A DNA stretch of 64,000 nucleotides, from assembly GCA_050287085.1 (NCBI GenBank), contig JBNKBE010000004.1, forward strand, positions 160,288-224,287. The letters run 5' to 3'. The position numbers and the translations under genes were made by a program. The stretch comes from Polyangiaceae bacterium. GTDB taxonomy: Bacteria; Myxococcota_A; Polyangia; Polyangiales; Polyangiaceae. The notes beneath the pieces were generated by a model. The model was not told the DNA's origin and searched no databases. It saw only the letters and a list, made by a program, of their open reading frames with translations. Below are positions 39,806 through 49,997 of the stretch, one piece after another; the first letter of the stretch is position 1, and every line of letters starts with the position of its first letter.

Positions 39806-41158
39806 CTACTGAGCACCTGAGGCTCTGTGTTTTGGCGTCCGGCATTCACTTCCGTCTGGCGAGGGCGCCTCTCGGCGAATGATGCGGACGGCTTCGCGCG
39901 CGCCGTGTTTTGGCAAGCGAAGGTAACCGGACCATGCGGCCGCAGCCAAGGTGCCGTCCTCCAGCCATTCTTCGATCCAGCCCAAGGCCCAGTCCGCCCG
40001 GAGTTGCTTCAGTCCAATGCCCTGCTCGCGAAGAAAGCTTCGATTGTAGCGCTCGTGGGCCCCCACAGGAGGCGACAGGATGCACGGGACGCCCACCGCT
40101 GGGTAGAAGCTCATTTCGCTGGGTTTGGTCCACAAGATATCCGTGCGCAAGAAAGCGCGATTCTGAGCCTCGTAGTACTCCCGAAATGTGGGCGCGAAGA
40201 GAATGTGCACTTCTCTGCCCAGGCAGCGCTTCAAGCCGCATTCTTCGAGGGCGCAGGTGAACGCGTCCAAGACCTCAGGGCGCGTCCCGGCGGCGAGCTG
40301 GAGCATGAGCTCACCCGCCACGATACGGGGGCGGAGTGAAGGTAGGAATTGGCGAACCATCTCGGCCTGCGCGCCCGCTCCGCCCACTGCAAACATCAGC
40401 GCTATGGGTTCAGGTTTCGCCTGCGGTCCGGGGCTACTCAGCAACCAGTCGACCTCGTTGTGGTGTAGGCGTCGAAAGTTACCGCGCGGATCCAGTCTTT
40501 GTAGCCGACCGGCAAGGCGAGCTCTGGGGCTGGTGACATCGTTTTCCTCGGTCAAGCTCGGAGGCAAAGGGAAACCCGCCAGATGAATGTTGCCCGGGGG
40601 GACGCCAAAGGACTGCAGGCGGCGCACGACGCGATGGGTCGGTGCGATGTATTGAATGCGGGTCTGCTGGGCGTCCAGCGGAGCCCAGATGCGGTTGCAG
40701 TCCGCGTCGGTGACCACACAATACACATGCTCAATCCCTGCCCGATCCGCGACCAAAGCGGGCGCGTAGAAGGTCGTTACCAGCGGCGCTCCCGTAGCCT
40801 GTAGCTCTTGGATCATGCCGCGTCCAAGCCCCCTCTGAATCAACTGATCCAAGAGTCGTACCGACCAAGTAGCGGCGCTGTGATCCCGGGCTTCATGCAA
40901 GGGGGGGATCATGGTCACGGCGTCCATCAAACGCCGAGTCGGCTTATCCAATAGCCCGAGGCCGCGGATCGGCTTCGAGAGCAACTCATGAGCGCGACGA
41001 ACCCACTCCCAAAGGCGCACCTCACCCGGCTCGGCGAGCGGCGGGCGGTCCACGGACTTCACCTCGGCCCCCAGGAGATCGGCGATCGGATAAGCGGCAC
41101 GCAAGTGGCCGTACCCCATGGTAACGCTCGCAACGAGCGGAGTCGGAGCCGCGTTCAT
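39806..41158 (-). CDS. GT-B fold glycosyltransferase-like protein (MGDG synthase/GT28-like)
   Basis: MGYGHLRAA, VVTDAD and DILWTKPSE..P.GAHERYN resemble diacylglycerol glycosyltransferase motifs. Confidence 0.65.
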   Translation of the reverse strand: MNAAPTPLVASVTMGYGHLRAAYPIADLLGAEVKSVDRPPLAEPGEVRLWEWVRRAHELLSKPIRGLGLLDKPTRRLMDAVTMIPPLHEARDHSAATWSVRLLDQLIQRGLGRGMIQELQATGAPLVTTFYAPALVADRAGIEHVYCVVTDADCNRIWAPLDAQQTRIQYIAPTHRVVRRLQSFGVPPGNIHLAGFPLPPSLTEENDVTSPRARLAGRLQRLDPRGNFRRLHHNEVDWLLSSPGPQAKPEPIALMFAVGGAGAQAEMVRQFLPSLRPRIVAGELMLQLAAGTRPEVLDAFTCALEECGLKRCLGREVHILFAPTFREYYEAQNRAFLRTDILWTKPSEMSFYPAVGVPCILSPPVGAHERYNRSFLREQGIGLKQLRADWALGWIEEWLEDGTLAAAAWSGYLRLPKHGAREAVRIIRREAPSPDGSECRTPKHRASGAQ

Positions 41159-42408
41159 CCACGCACCCGAGTCACTTGAGCCCGCGTGCCGTTCGCGCCC
41201 TCAGGGAGCAAGGCTGAATTGGTATGAAAAGCATTGTGTTCACCATAGCCCTCCGTTCGGGGCAAGACCGGACTCAGACTCGAACCTGCGCCGACGCGAT
41301 AGAGCTTGCCCCGCCAGTTGATGCAGCGAACGTACCACCCTCTGAGCCAGAGCCACAAGGCGAGCCATTCGCGCGCGGCATTCCAGGCAAGTACTGCGGG
41401 GCGCGGCCAAGCGCCGCCCATGAGTCGCTGGGAGATGCTGAGCACAGCGCCGCGGAGCGCAAAGGTTCCAAGCAGCCACTGGGGGGCGAGCACCCAATGA
41501 CCCAGCAACCACCCGCTCCACCACAGGGGAGCGGCCAGTGGTCCCGGATTGAGCAAGAGCTCAATCGCGTAGCCCGTGAGGCTCACCCGACGTCGCATCA
41601 CAGCCCAGCGCGTGTGTCGATTGATGAAGCGTCGCAGCGTCCAGTCTTCATGCCAAGCGACGATGGGGGTCGCGGCTGTTGCGACGCGGTAGCCTGCCGC
41701 TTCCACCGCTTGGCCGAGTGCATAGTCTTCGGCCAGATAGCTTGACACCTGGCGGAGTCCCCCCAAGGCTCGGAGCGCGCTGCGGCGGAGGAACATCGAC
41801 TTTCCGATCACGCATGTCCGATTCGCCATGAAACGCGCCGCACACACAGCGGGGGCAACAAACGCGTTCAGTTGGAGGTTCTCGAGCTCGGCGGCGACTC
41901 CCCGCCCCCCGCGCCCCGACACCAGGTGCGTCACGAGACCCACGTCTGGCCCTACTCCATCGAGGGCGGCTGACACGTAGCTCGAGGTCAGGCGTACGTT
42001 GGAATCGGATATCACCAACCATTCGGTAGCGACGCCTTCCGCCATGTGGTCGAGCAGCGCGACCTTCGGGTTGATGAACGCGCCGCGTTCGCCGATTCGT
42101 AGCTCTACCTGGCCGCGATGGCGGGCGCGAAAGCGCTCGAGCACGGGAAGGGCTGGGTCGAGACACGACGCGACCCCGACCACCACACGAGTTGCAGGAT
42201 GAGTCTGGACGCAGAGCGGCTCCAAGGTGTGGCTCACCTGGCCGTCGAGGCCGCAAAAAGGCTTGAGCACCGTGACCGACTCGCGGTTCGACGGCCCGCT
42301 TGGGCGCTTTCGGAGCGCGTACCAGAGCATGGCGTGGGCCACACAGAAGATGCCTACCGCGCACAGGTAGAGCGTGGAGAGGCCCGAGAGCACCCAGTTT
42401 CCGTCCAT
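41155..42408 (-). CDS. Ceramide glucosyltransferase-like glycosyltransferase (GT21/HpnI-like)
   Basis: TVLKPFCG, NPKV, ISDSNV, LAEDY and RHTRW, with flanking TM helices. Confidence 0.85.
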   Translation of the reverse strand: MDGNWVLSGLSTLYLCAVGIFCVAHAMLWYALRKRPSGPSNRESVTVLKPFCGLDGQVSHTLEPLCVQTHPATRVVVGVASCLDPALPVLERFRARHRGQVELRIGERGAFINPKVALLDHMAEGVATEWLVISDSNVRLTSSYVSAALDGVGPDVGLVTHLVSGRGGRGVAAELENLQLNAFVAPAVCAARFMANRTCVIGKSMFLRRSALRALGGLRQVSSYLAEDYALGQAVEAAGYRVATAATPIVAWHEDWTLRRFINRHTRWAVMRRRVSLTGYAIELLLNPGPLAAPLWWSGWLLGHWVLAPQWLLGTFALRGAVLSISQRLMGGAWPRPAVLAWNAAREWLALWLWLRGWYVRCINWRGKLYRVGAGSSLSPVLPRTEGYGEHNAFHTNSALLPEGANGTRAQVTRVRG

Positions 42409-42600
42409 GGCAGCAGGTTGGCCTGTGTACGAGACAGGCGTGCAGCACGTCCGCGACGGCTTAGAGACGAATGCGTTGCGCCCCTGTGAAGTGGGGGCCG
42501 GAATCGAGGGGCGCCCGGGGCGTGAAATCCGGCATCAGTGGTCTCTTCGCGCGGACTTCCATTGCAAGGCGGCGCGACTGCCTCTAACGTCCGCCTCACT

Positions 42601-43584
42601 ATGAAGACTCCCGTATCCGTCGCGGTTACCGGCGCTGCCGGTCAAATCGGCTACTCTTTGTTGTTCCGCATCGCCTCGGGCGAGATGTTGGGGCCGGATC
42701 AGCCCGTCATCTTGCGCCTGATCGAAATCGAGCCCGCCATGACAGCGCTCGAAGGCGTGGTGATGGAACTCCAGGACTGTGCTTTTCCCTTGTTGAAGGG
42801 CATCGTCCCGACCGCCGACTTGGCAGAGGGGTTCAAGGGTGTCAGCTGGGCATTGCTCGTTGGCAGTGTGCCCCGCAAAGCCGGGATGGAACGCAAAGAC
42901 CTGCTCGGTATCAACGGAAAGATCTTCACGGGTCAGGGGCGTGCGATTCAGGACAACGCCGCGTCTGACGTGCGCACGCTCGTAGTCGGCAATCCGTGCA
43001 ATACCAACTGTCTGATCGCGATGAACAACGCGCCGGACGTCCCCAAGGACCGCTGGTTTGCCATGACCAAACTCGACGAGAATCGAGCCAAGAGTCAGCT
43101 CGCAATCAAGGCGGGGGTTGATGTGACGGAGGTCAAGGATCTCGCCATTTGGGGCAATCACTCCTCGACGATGTATCCAAACTACTTCGACGCCAAGATC
43201 GCGGGCAAGCCGGTCACGGACGTCATAGCGGACGACACGTGGATGCGCGAAACGTTCATTCCGACCGTGCAGCAGCGCGGAGCGGCCATCATCAAGGCTC
43301 GCGGCTCCTCGTCAGCGGCCTCGGCTGCGAACGCCGCACTCGACACCGTTCGCAACATCGTCAACCCGACTGCCGCGGACGACACCTTCAGCGTGGCGAT
43401 TTGTTCGGACGGGCAATACGGAATCGAAAAGGGGCTGATGTTCTCATATCCGATCAAGAGTGATGGTAGCAGCCTAACCGTCCAAGAGGGGCGTACCCTC
43501 AACGAGTTCAGTCAGCAGAAGGTCAAGGCGACCGAGCAGGAGCTGAAAGAAGAGAAGGCAATGGTCGCCGACTTGCTTGGCTGA
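42601..43584 (+). CDS. mdh: Malate dehydrogenase
   Basis: [40 protein letters not shown] and [12 protein letters not shown]. Confidence 0.97.
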   Translation: MKTPVSVAVTGAAGQIGYSLLFRIASGEMLGPDQPVILRLIEIEPAMTALEGVVMELQDCAFPLLKGIVPTADLAEGFKGVSWALLVGSVPRKAGMERKDLLGINGKIFTGQGRAIQDNAASDVRTLVVGNPCNTNCLIAMNNAPDVPKDRWFAMTKLDENRAKSQLAIKAGVDVTEVKDLAIWGNHSSTMYPNYFDAKIAGKPVTDVIADDTWMRETFIPTVQQRGAAIIKARGSSSAASAANAALDTVRNIVNPTAADDTFSVAICSDGQYGIEKGLMFSYPIKSDGSSLTVQEGRTLNEFSQQKVKATEQELKEEKAMVADLLG

Positions 43585-43875
43585 GTCCTAACACTGTCAG
43601 GATAGTTCGCCCCGTGACTCCCAGGTCTCGGGGCGAATCCACTTTGTATGGTGCTTCAAGCGGCGCATGCGGTTCGAAGCGCTCATCCGCCTTGGGATCC
43701 GTCTTAGGGCCGGCAGCTGGGAAAGTCAGTCGCGGGCCGGTCGAGACCGCCGCGAGGTGGGCGCGTGAGAAGCGAGCACCGGCAAGGGCTACTGAATGAG
43801 GAGCACAGCGACGAGCCGCCCCCTACAGCAAGAGTAGCGGGCGGCGGAGCACGGCTTTCCACTCGCGGGCCTTAG

Positions 43876-44493
43876 CTACTTGGTTGCGTGCCGCTCGCGA
43901 AATGCCGCTATCGCCGGCAACTTCGATACACGCTGATAGATCCCCGTGAGCTTCTCGAAGGGTGCCAACACGTCGCTTGGGATGTGATCGATGATGCCGC
44001 TGGCTATCCAGTTGTAGATGACAAATAGCTTGATGTCGGCCACCGTTGGGGATTCTCCAAAGGCATAAGGGCCGGCGAGCTGCGCTTCGACGGCGGCGCC
44101 CCACTCGGGTAGCAGCCCTTGGGCCAGCTGGAGGCGTGCCTCGCGGCGGGCTGATTCGTCTTCGATTCGCAGCGTTGCTGCCAGACGACCTCGGAGGTCT
44201 TCGCCAGCGCTCAACAACATGTCGCAGCGCGCCGCATCCCACGCGTCCTTGGGGTATAGGCCGTGGTGGCGGCCGATGTAGCCAAGTATCGCGTTGACCT
44301 CGGAAAGTGCCGGCCTTCCCGCTTGCGCGAGAGTTGGAACCTTGCCGAAAGGCGTTGTTGACTTGCGCTCGGTCCAGTCGGCGCGCTTCAGGCGTTCGTC
44401 TTCGAAGTCTACGCCTGCGAGGCAGAGCGCAAGACGGCACTCCTCGCCGCGGCTGCCCGGGAAGTCGAAATAGGTCACTTTGAGTTGGCTCAT
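43876..44493 (-). CDS. Glutathione S-transferase (sigma-like)
   Basis: KVTYFDFPGSRGEECRL, TPFGKVPTL and PTVADI. Confidence 0.9.
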   Translation of the reverse strand: MSQLKVTYFDFPGSRGEECRLALCLAGVDFEDERLKRADWTERKSTTPFGKVPTLAQAGRPALSEVNAILGYIGRHHGLYPKDAWDAARCDMLLSAGEDLRGRLAATLRIEDESARREARLQLAQGLLPEWGAAVEAQLAGPYAFGESPTVADIKLFVIYNWIASGIIDHIPSDVLAPFEKLTGIYQRVSKLPAIAAFRERHATK

Positions 44494-44548
44494 AGCGGCC
44501 GTATATAGGTCTTGCGGACGCGTTGACCAGGCCCCTCCGCGTCGATTG

Positions 44549-45316
44549 TCATCGCCCGGCTGCCGTTTCGAGCTGGTGCCGCCACTCTGCCAGCATGGAC
44601 GCGCTGATCGCGTGTGGCACGTTCGGAAATACCGTCAGCTGTGCCGGGATCCCCAGAGCCTTCAGGGCGGCGGTCGTGGCTTGGGCGCCCCTCGCCGGGA
44701 CCACGGGATCAGCGGCCCCGTGTAGCGCAAAGACTGGCACCCAATCGGTGCGCGCTACGGCCCGAGCGAGGAGTTCCTGGGGGAGCGTACCGGACAGGGG
44801 CAAGGCAGCCACCAGCTTATCCGGGTGCAGCAGGGCCAGAGCATAACTCAGGGCTCCACCTTGAGAGAATCCCGTCACGATGGGTTTACCCAGGTTCTTC
44901 GGATCCTCGCGCAGTGTTTGAATCCAGCTGGCCACGATGGCGGCGGCTTCTTCCACACGCGTCGCGGTCAGCGGTCCATCGCGTCGCAGCGAAGCTCCGA
45001 GCCAATCGAATCCGCCCCCAGCCCGGCGACGCAGGCCTTGGGGAATGTATACGCGGAAATAGGAGGAACGCTCGCTGAACAAGGAAGCGAACCCCTCCGG
45101 AGTATCCCCAAGACCGTGGAGTGCTACGATCCAGGGACCCGCCGCGTTCCCCTCACGTTCGAGCAGCAGGTGTGGCAACTTCACCCGGGGAACGTTCTGA
45201 CGACGGGCGGCCTCGGGCGCTGCTGCTTTGGACGAGGGCGCACCGTCGCGCCGCGAGCACGCAATGAGGCTGAGGGCACAGAGCGCCGCCGTCGCCGCCG
45301 GCCAATGATAGCTCAA
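44549..45316 (-). CDS. Phospholipase/carboxylesterase family protein, probable lipoprotein
   Basis: Lipobox LIAC, LHGLGD, GFSQGG, HGAADPVVP and VPHAI. Confidence 0.85.
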   Translation of the reverse strand: MSYHWPAATAALCALSLIACSRRDGAPSSKAAAPEAARRQNVPRVKLPHLLLEREGNAAGPWIVALHGLGDTPEGFASLFSERSSYFRVYIPQGLRRRAGGGFDWLGASLRRDGPLTATRVEEAAAIVASWIQTLREDPKNLGKPIVTGFSQGGALSYALALLHPDKLVAALPLSGTLPQELLARAVARTDWVPVFALHGAADPVVPARGAQATTAALKALGIPAQLTVFPNVPHAISASMLAEWRHQLETAAGR

Positions 45317-45945
45317 GTCTCGGCGCCTCCGTGGTGGTCTGCGTGGGCGCGTACGGCGCCCAGCAGCGCCAAGAACTCCTCATACGCGGCGCCGATCGCC
45401 GCCAGGCCCCAGTAGCCGAGGGCCAAGACGCGCGGCGCCGTTGCGGCTGTGATCCCTCCAAGGGCGAAGGTCTTCGTTTCTTGTCTCTCGAACGCGCGTA
45501 GGACTTCTTGCTGACGTTGGGGCGCAAGCGACTGCCGACCCTTTCGTGGCGAGACGACCGGCGAAACCAGCACAAGATCTGCCGCTGGCAGCGGTTCACC
45601 CTCGTGCCAGCCTGAGGAGAGAAGCAATCTCCTTCGCGTCGTCTCGGGTCGCAGCTCGTGGGTCTGCAGCGCCCGCCCACCAACGTGTAGTCCCGCACTC
45701 TGACACAATACCGCGAGGTCAAGGCGATCCACCGCCAGCAAGGGCACCCCGCGCAGCCGCGACTGCAGCGCCCCCATCAGTTCGAGGTAGGCGCGCACGC
45801 TCAGTCCTCGCTCTCGGCATATCAAGCCTGATAACCCCTGGCCGTGAGCTCCGAGCTGTTCGGCCAGCTGCAGCGTCGCCGCGAGGCCATAACGCGCCAC
45901 ATCGGTCAGGGCGAGCAGCCGTGGAATCGCGCTTGCGGGTATCAC
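45313..45945 (-). CDS. Thiamine phosphate synthase-like protein (ThiE/TenI family)
   Basis: PRLLALTD, DRLDLA, GLHV, SPVVSPRKG and FALGGIT. GTG at 45945 overlaps the upstream stop (GTGA). Confidence 0.75.
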   Translation of the reverse strand: MIPASAIPRLLALTDVARYGLAATLQLAEQLGAHGQGLSGLICRERGLSVRAYLELMGALQSRLRGVPLLAVDRLDLAVLCQSAGLHVGGRALQTHELRPETTRRRLLLSSGWHEGEPLPAADLVLVSPVVSPRKGRQSLAPQRQQEVLRAFERQETKTFALGGITAATAPRVLALGYWGLAAIGAAYEEFLALLGAVRAHADHHGGAET

Positions 45946-46334
45946 CGCCCGACTCTCCTCTCCGCCCTGTGCAGGCCCGCTGTCAGCAGCCCCGAAGTAC
46001 AAAGCACTCCGAGAACGTCAGCCAATGCATCGCCCCAGGAGGCGTCGCGGTGCGGAATCGTGCTTTGCCACAGCTCCAGCCCCAGCCCGATGAAGGTGGC
46101 GTAGACGGCGGCCAGTGCGAGCCCCCAGCCGCGGCCGCGACTGCGTCCGCGACAAAGGTGGATTCCGGCGGGCCAGGCGACCGCCACCAAGACTCCGAAT
46201 GCAACAAAATGCAGGAGCTTGTCGTTCACCGAGGGTGCTCCCGGGGGCATCGGCGCAGAGCCGCCGACAAACAAGAGCACTGCGGCCGCAAGGGGCGTGA
46301 GGTACACGCCGGCCACTAGCAACCGGTGGCGCAA
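45942..46334 (-). CDS. VanZ family membrane protein
   Basis: DKLLHFVAFGVL and ELWQSTIPHRDASWGDALADVLG. Confidence 0.85.
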   Translation of the reverse strand: MRHRLLVAGVYLTPLAAAVLLFVGGSAPMPPGAPSVNDKLLHFVAFGVLVAVAWPAGIHLCRGRSRGRGWGLALAAVYATFIGLGLELWQSTIPHRDASWGDALADVLGVLCTSGLLTAGLHRAERRVGR

Positions 46335-46345
46335 TGCTGCGGGAT

Positions 46346-47119
46346 TCAGATGACGCCTTCAATGGGACTGGACGCATTGGCATAACGCCGGCGCGGCATC
46401 CTACCCGCCAGGAAGGCGGTGCGTCCGCTCTCCACTCCGAGCTTCATGGCGCGAGCCATTTCGATCGGGTGTTTTGCGCCCGCGATCGCGGTATTGACCA
46501 GAACGCCGTCACAGCCGAGCTCCATCGCGCGTGCTGCGTCACTCGCCGTGCCGACGCCAGCGTCGACGATCACGGGGACATTCGCTCGCTCGATGATGAG
46601 GGATAGATTGTGTGGGTTGCGGATCCCCAGGCCGCTGCCGATCGGCGCGGCGAGGGGCATCACGGCGGCGCAGCCCACGTCCTCCAGTTTGCGGCAGATG
46701 ATCGGGTCGTCCATGCAATAAGGGAGTACCGTGAAGCCCTCTTTCACCAGTGTTCTGGCGGCTTCGAGTGTTTGCTCATTGTCCGGATAGAGGGTGTCTG
46801 GATCGCCGATGACCTCGAGCTTCACGAGGTCAGCGATCCCGAGCTCGCGTGCGAGCCGGAGCGTTCGCACGGCCTCCTCGGCCGTGAAACACATGGCGGT
46901 GTTGGGAAGCAAAGTCCAGGGTCCCTGCGTCAACATGGCCATCATCGACCCCTCACCCCGCTCCTTCAGGTTGACGCGGCGCAGAGCAACCGTCACAACT
47001 TGAGCGCCGGATACCTCAAGAGCCGCTTGGGTCTCCGCGACATCCTTGTACTTGCCCGTGCCTACGAACAGTCGAGAACCCAACGAGAACTGGCCGATGC
47101 GGAGAACGTCGTCACTCAT
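46346..47119 (-). CDS. thiG: Thiazole synthase
   Basis: [36 protein letters not shown] and [11 protein letters not shown]. Confidence 0.97.
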   Translation of the reverse strand: MSDDVLRIGQFSLGSRLFVGTGKYKDVAETQAALEVSGAQVVTVALRRVNLKERGEGSMMAMLTQGPWTLLPNTAMCFTAEEAVRTLRLARELGIADLVKLEVIGDPDTLYPDNEQTLEAARTLVKEGFTVLPYCMDDPIICRKLEDVGCAAVMPLAAPIGSGLGIRNPHNLSLIIERANVPVIVDAGVGTASDAARAMELGCDGVLVNTAIAGAKHPIEMARAMKLGVESGRTAFLAGRMPRRRYANASSPIEGVI

Positions 47120-47222
47120 GCTGGGTGGCTTACCGTCTGCCCGCTACAAACACCAGTCGCAAACGCGCAACGAGTGTGTGCTTGGCGCTGCTCGCCGCCC
47201 GCTCAGTCGCGGTCGTTAGCCG

Positions 47223-48593
47223 ATGCGGACCTACCTGGCCGCGCTATTGCAGGCGCTTGTCATTTGCCTGTTTCTGACCCCGTTGGTTCGGGCGCTGGCC
47301 CTACGTCTGGGTGCGGTTTCGCTCCCTGGTGGTCGAAACCTCAACAAGACCGCGGTGCCGCGTTTGGGTGGAGTGGCCATCGCCGTTAGCGTTTTCGCGC
47401 CGCTTCTGACGCTGGTGGTGGTCGATTCCTCAGTGGCGCTCACGATTCGGCAGCGCGCGGAGCTGACGTGGGGACTGGTGCTCGGCGGAGGTATTGTCGG
47501 CCTGATTGGCGCGATCGACGATGCGCGCGGGCTCCGGCCAAGCGTCAAACTGCTGGCCCAGCTGTTGGCTGCTACGGTCGCCTACGTGGCGGGTTACCGC
47601 ATTCACGGGGTGTCGTTGCCTTTTGCCGAACCCATGAGCTTTGGGCCTCTGTCGCTGCCGATCACGCTGCTGTGGATCGTTGTTGTCACCAATGCGGTCA
47701 ACTTGATCGACGGTCTGGATGGTCTTGCCGCGGGGGTGGTCTTTTGTGCGGCCGCTACGAACCTGGTGGTCGCTGTCGCCAGTGGAGAGTCGGTCGGACC
47801 GGTATTTGTGGGGCTGGTGATGAGCGCCATCATGGGCGCTCTGCTGGGTTTTCTTGCCTACAACTTCAACCCCGCCCGAATCTACATGGGCGACAGCGGG
47901 AGCTACTTCCTGGGCTTTCTGCTCGCGGCCTGTTCAATCGCGAGTCCCCAGCAGAAGGCCTCGACGACTACCTCGCTCCTGGTGCCGATGCTCGCGCTCG
48001 GCGTGCCCCTCTTTGACACCCTGTTGTCGGTGCTGAGACGTTGGCTCCAGCGGAAGTCCATACTTAGCGCCGACCGCGGGCACCTGCACCATCGGCTGCT
48101 GGACTTGGGACTCACGCATCGCCGCGCAGTGCTGGTGTTTTACGCTGTTAGCGCGGGGCTCTCCGCTGCGTCGATCGCTTTGGCGCTCGGCAGCGACGTT
48201 ACCGCGGGGGTTGTATTGGTGGGCTCGAGCGCGGTGCTCTTTGGACTGTTCAGGGTTGTTCGCCACCTCGAACACCTCGCCAGGGCACCCGGGGTGTTGA
48301 GCGCCGAAACCGAGCGTTTGGCTCAGCTCCTTCCAGAACTCATCATCAGCATCCAAACCCAGGGACGCGCCGCCCTGCCCTCGGCGATCGAGCGCATGCG
48401 GAGCGCTGGCGGTTTTGAGCACCTCTCGTTGGTTGAGCGCCAAACGGCCCCGGAGGAGCACACGACCCCGCTCGTGGCGACTTTCGAGGTGGGCGATGCG
48501 CGGCTGGAAGTGCATCGTCGCCTGCCCTTGAGCGAGGGTGAGTCGGCGCTACTGCGGGTGTTTGCTGCAACGCTCGAGCGCGTCGGCTCCTAG
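47223..48593 (+). CDS. MraY/WecA family undecaprenyl-phosphate GlcNAc-1-phosphate transferase
   Basis: VPRLGG, GAIDD, NAVNLIDGLDGLA, NFNPARIYMGDSGS and DRGHLHHRL. Confidence 0.92.
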   Translation: MRTYLAALLQALVICLFLTPLVRALALRLGAVSLPGGRNLNKTAVPRLGGVAIAVSVFAPLLTLVVVDSSVALTIRQRAELTWGLVLGGGIVGLIGAIDDARGLRPSVKLLAQLLAATVAYVAGYRIHGVSLPFAEPMSFGPLSLPITLLWIVVVTNAVNLIDGLDGLAAGVVFCAAATNLVVAVASGESVGPVFVGLVMSAIMGALLGFLAYNFNPARIYMGDSGSYFLGFLLAACSIASPQQKASTTTSLLVPMLALGVPLFDTLLSVLRRWLQRKSILSADRGHLHHRLLDLGLTHRRAVLVFYAVSAGLSAASIALALGSDVTAGVVLVGSSAVLFGLFRVVRHLEHLARAPGVLSAETERLAQLLPELIISIQTQGRAALPSAIERMRSAGGFEHLSLVERQTAPEEHTTPLVATFEVGDARLEVHRRLPLSEGESALLRVFAATLERVGS

Positions 48594-48643
48594 GCTTCAG
48601 CGCTGAGAGCGAAGGGAGCCGGCGCGCGGGCGCGGGGCTTGGC

Positions 48644-48916
48644 TCATACGAAACCGGCCTTGCGACCTTTGCCTTGTGCAGCGTCGAGAGAAAGCGCAAA
48701 AACGTCAGCTAGCGCGACGACCGAGAGCTCTCCGCGCTGTGTCCCGAGTTGCACGTGGGCGCCTTCCAGACGGATGCGATCAACGCGGGTCACGTTAAGG
48801 CCAACTCCTCCCCGCGCGACATGAACGCTCATTGTGCGCTCCTGAAGCACGCGCCACCCGTCTTCTTCGCTGCTTTGGGCCAGATCGATCGCGGTCAAGA
48901 ATTCTTCGGTCGTCAT
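48644..48916 (-). CDS. Small hypothetical protein
   Basis: 90-aa ATG-start ORF filling an intergenic gap, co-oriented with the upstream deacetylase, with protein-like composition. Confidence 0.6.
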   Translation of the reverse strand: MTTEEFLTAIDLAQSSEEDGWRVLQERTMSVHVARGGVGLNVTRVDRIRLEGAHVQLGTQRGELSVVALADVFALSLDAAQGKGRKAGFV

Positions 48917-48961
48917 AGTTCTAGTTGTGTGGTCTCAGATTGAGTCATAGAGGGCAATCCC

Positions 48962-49876
48962 TCACGTCGCAAGCCGCTTTGAAGCTTCGCTCAGGGTCAC
49001 GAATTGATAGCCCGCAGCTCGCAATTGAGCCACGACCCCTCGTAGCGTTGCGGCCTTGGCGGCGACGCTACGCCGAAGGTCGAACTGGTCGCGCGCGAGA
49101 GCGTGCAATCCGTCCCGGGAGTCGAGCAAGTCTACGCCATGGAGCTCGATGTTGATGAACGATTGCCCCACCAAGCTCTGCACGAGCCGTCGCGCGCCGC
49201 TGACGCCCATCAGGTTCAGGGCAGTTCCGATCACGGGCAGTCGGAGCCTCGGCGTCGTTTCGATGGGGAGCTCTAGCAGGCCGTCCCCCGGGCAGTAGTA
49301 GGGCCGTCCCACGTGGTAGGGGTGGCGCGGAGCGGTGAGCACTCGGGCGCTGTCCACCACCGACTGCGAGCGCCGTCCGAGCCAGCGCTTGCCTGTGATG
49401 AGGGTGGCTTTGAGGCCCCAGTAGGCGGGGCATGGAAAAACTGAAGAACTGTAGGCGAAGTCGAGTTCGACCAGCAGCTCATATACTTCGTCGGTAATCG
49501 TATACCCCGGGGCGCGGAATCCGAGGGGCGAGCGACCGGTGGTGTCGCGGATCGCCTGCGAGCAGGTGAGCAATTCCCGGCGCATCTCAGCTCGCGGACG
49601 CCGCGTGAAGTCGTAATAGTGGTTCTGGGTGTGGTTGCCGATTTCATGCCCTGCCTCGGACATGCGGCCGATCCTTTGGGCGTTTTGGCGGCGCTCCAGG
49701 TCGGCCCCGACCACAAATAGCGTTAGCGGCAGGCCGAGGCGTTTTGAGAGCGCGTCGTAGCGCGGCAGAGCGACGTCGTAGACCGCGTTTTGATCCAGTC
49801 CCGCGTAGGCGGCGCCATGTATCTGCTGGTAGCTACGGATCTCGTCGAGGTCGACCGAAAGAGCGCACAGTCGCAT
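48962..49876 (-). CDS. Polysaccharide deacetylase family protein (NodB-like fold)
   Basis: LSVDLD, TLFVVG, GHEIGNHTQNH, GFRAPGY and YSSS. Confidence 0.88.
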   Translation of the reverse strand: MRLCALSVDLDEIRSYQQIHGAAYAGLDQNAVYDVALPRYDALSKRLGLPLTLFVVGADLERRQNAQRIGRMSEAGHEIGNHTQNHYYDFTRRPRAEMRRELLTCSQAIRDTTGRSPLGFRAPGYTITDEVYELLVELDFAYSSSVFPCPAYWGLKATLITGKRWLGRRSQSVVDSARVLTAPRHPYHVGRPYYCPGDGLLELPIETTPRLRLPVIGTALNLMGVSGARRLVQSLVGQSFINIELHGVDLLDSRDGLHALARDQFDLRRSVAAKAATLRGVVAQLRAAGYQFVTLSEASKRLAT

Positions 49877-49997
49877 GTCCCGTCAGGCTAGTGCAAAGGC
49901 AGGTCCAGCGCTCGACTTTCCGCGCGCCCGGTCCTACCGCTGGGACGGGTGCATTTGGGATGGGCTTTGAGCAGCGGAACCCCTACGCTGGACGCGC

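Noticed and set aside
47120..47222. TPP riboswitch upstream of thiG
   Set aside because: The spacer is only 103 bp and lacks the CTGAGA and ACCTGAT core motifs.
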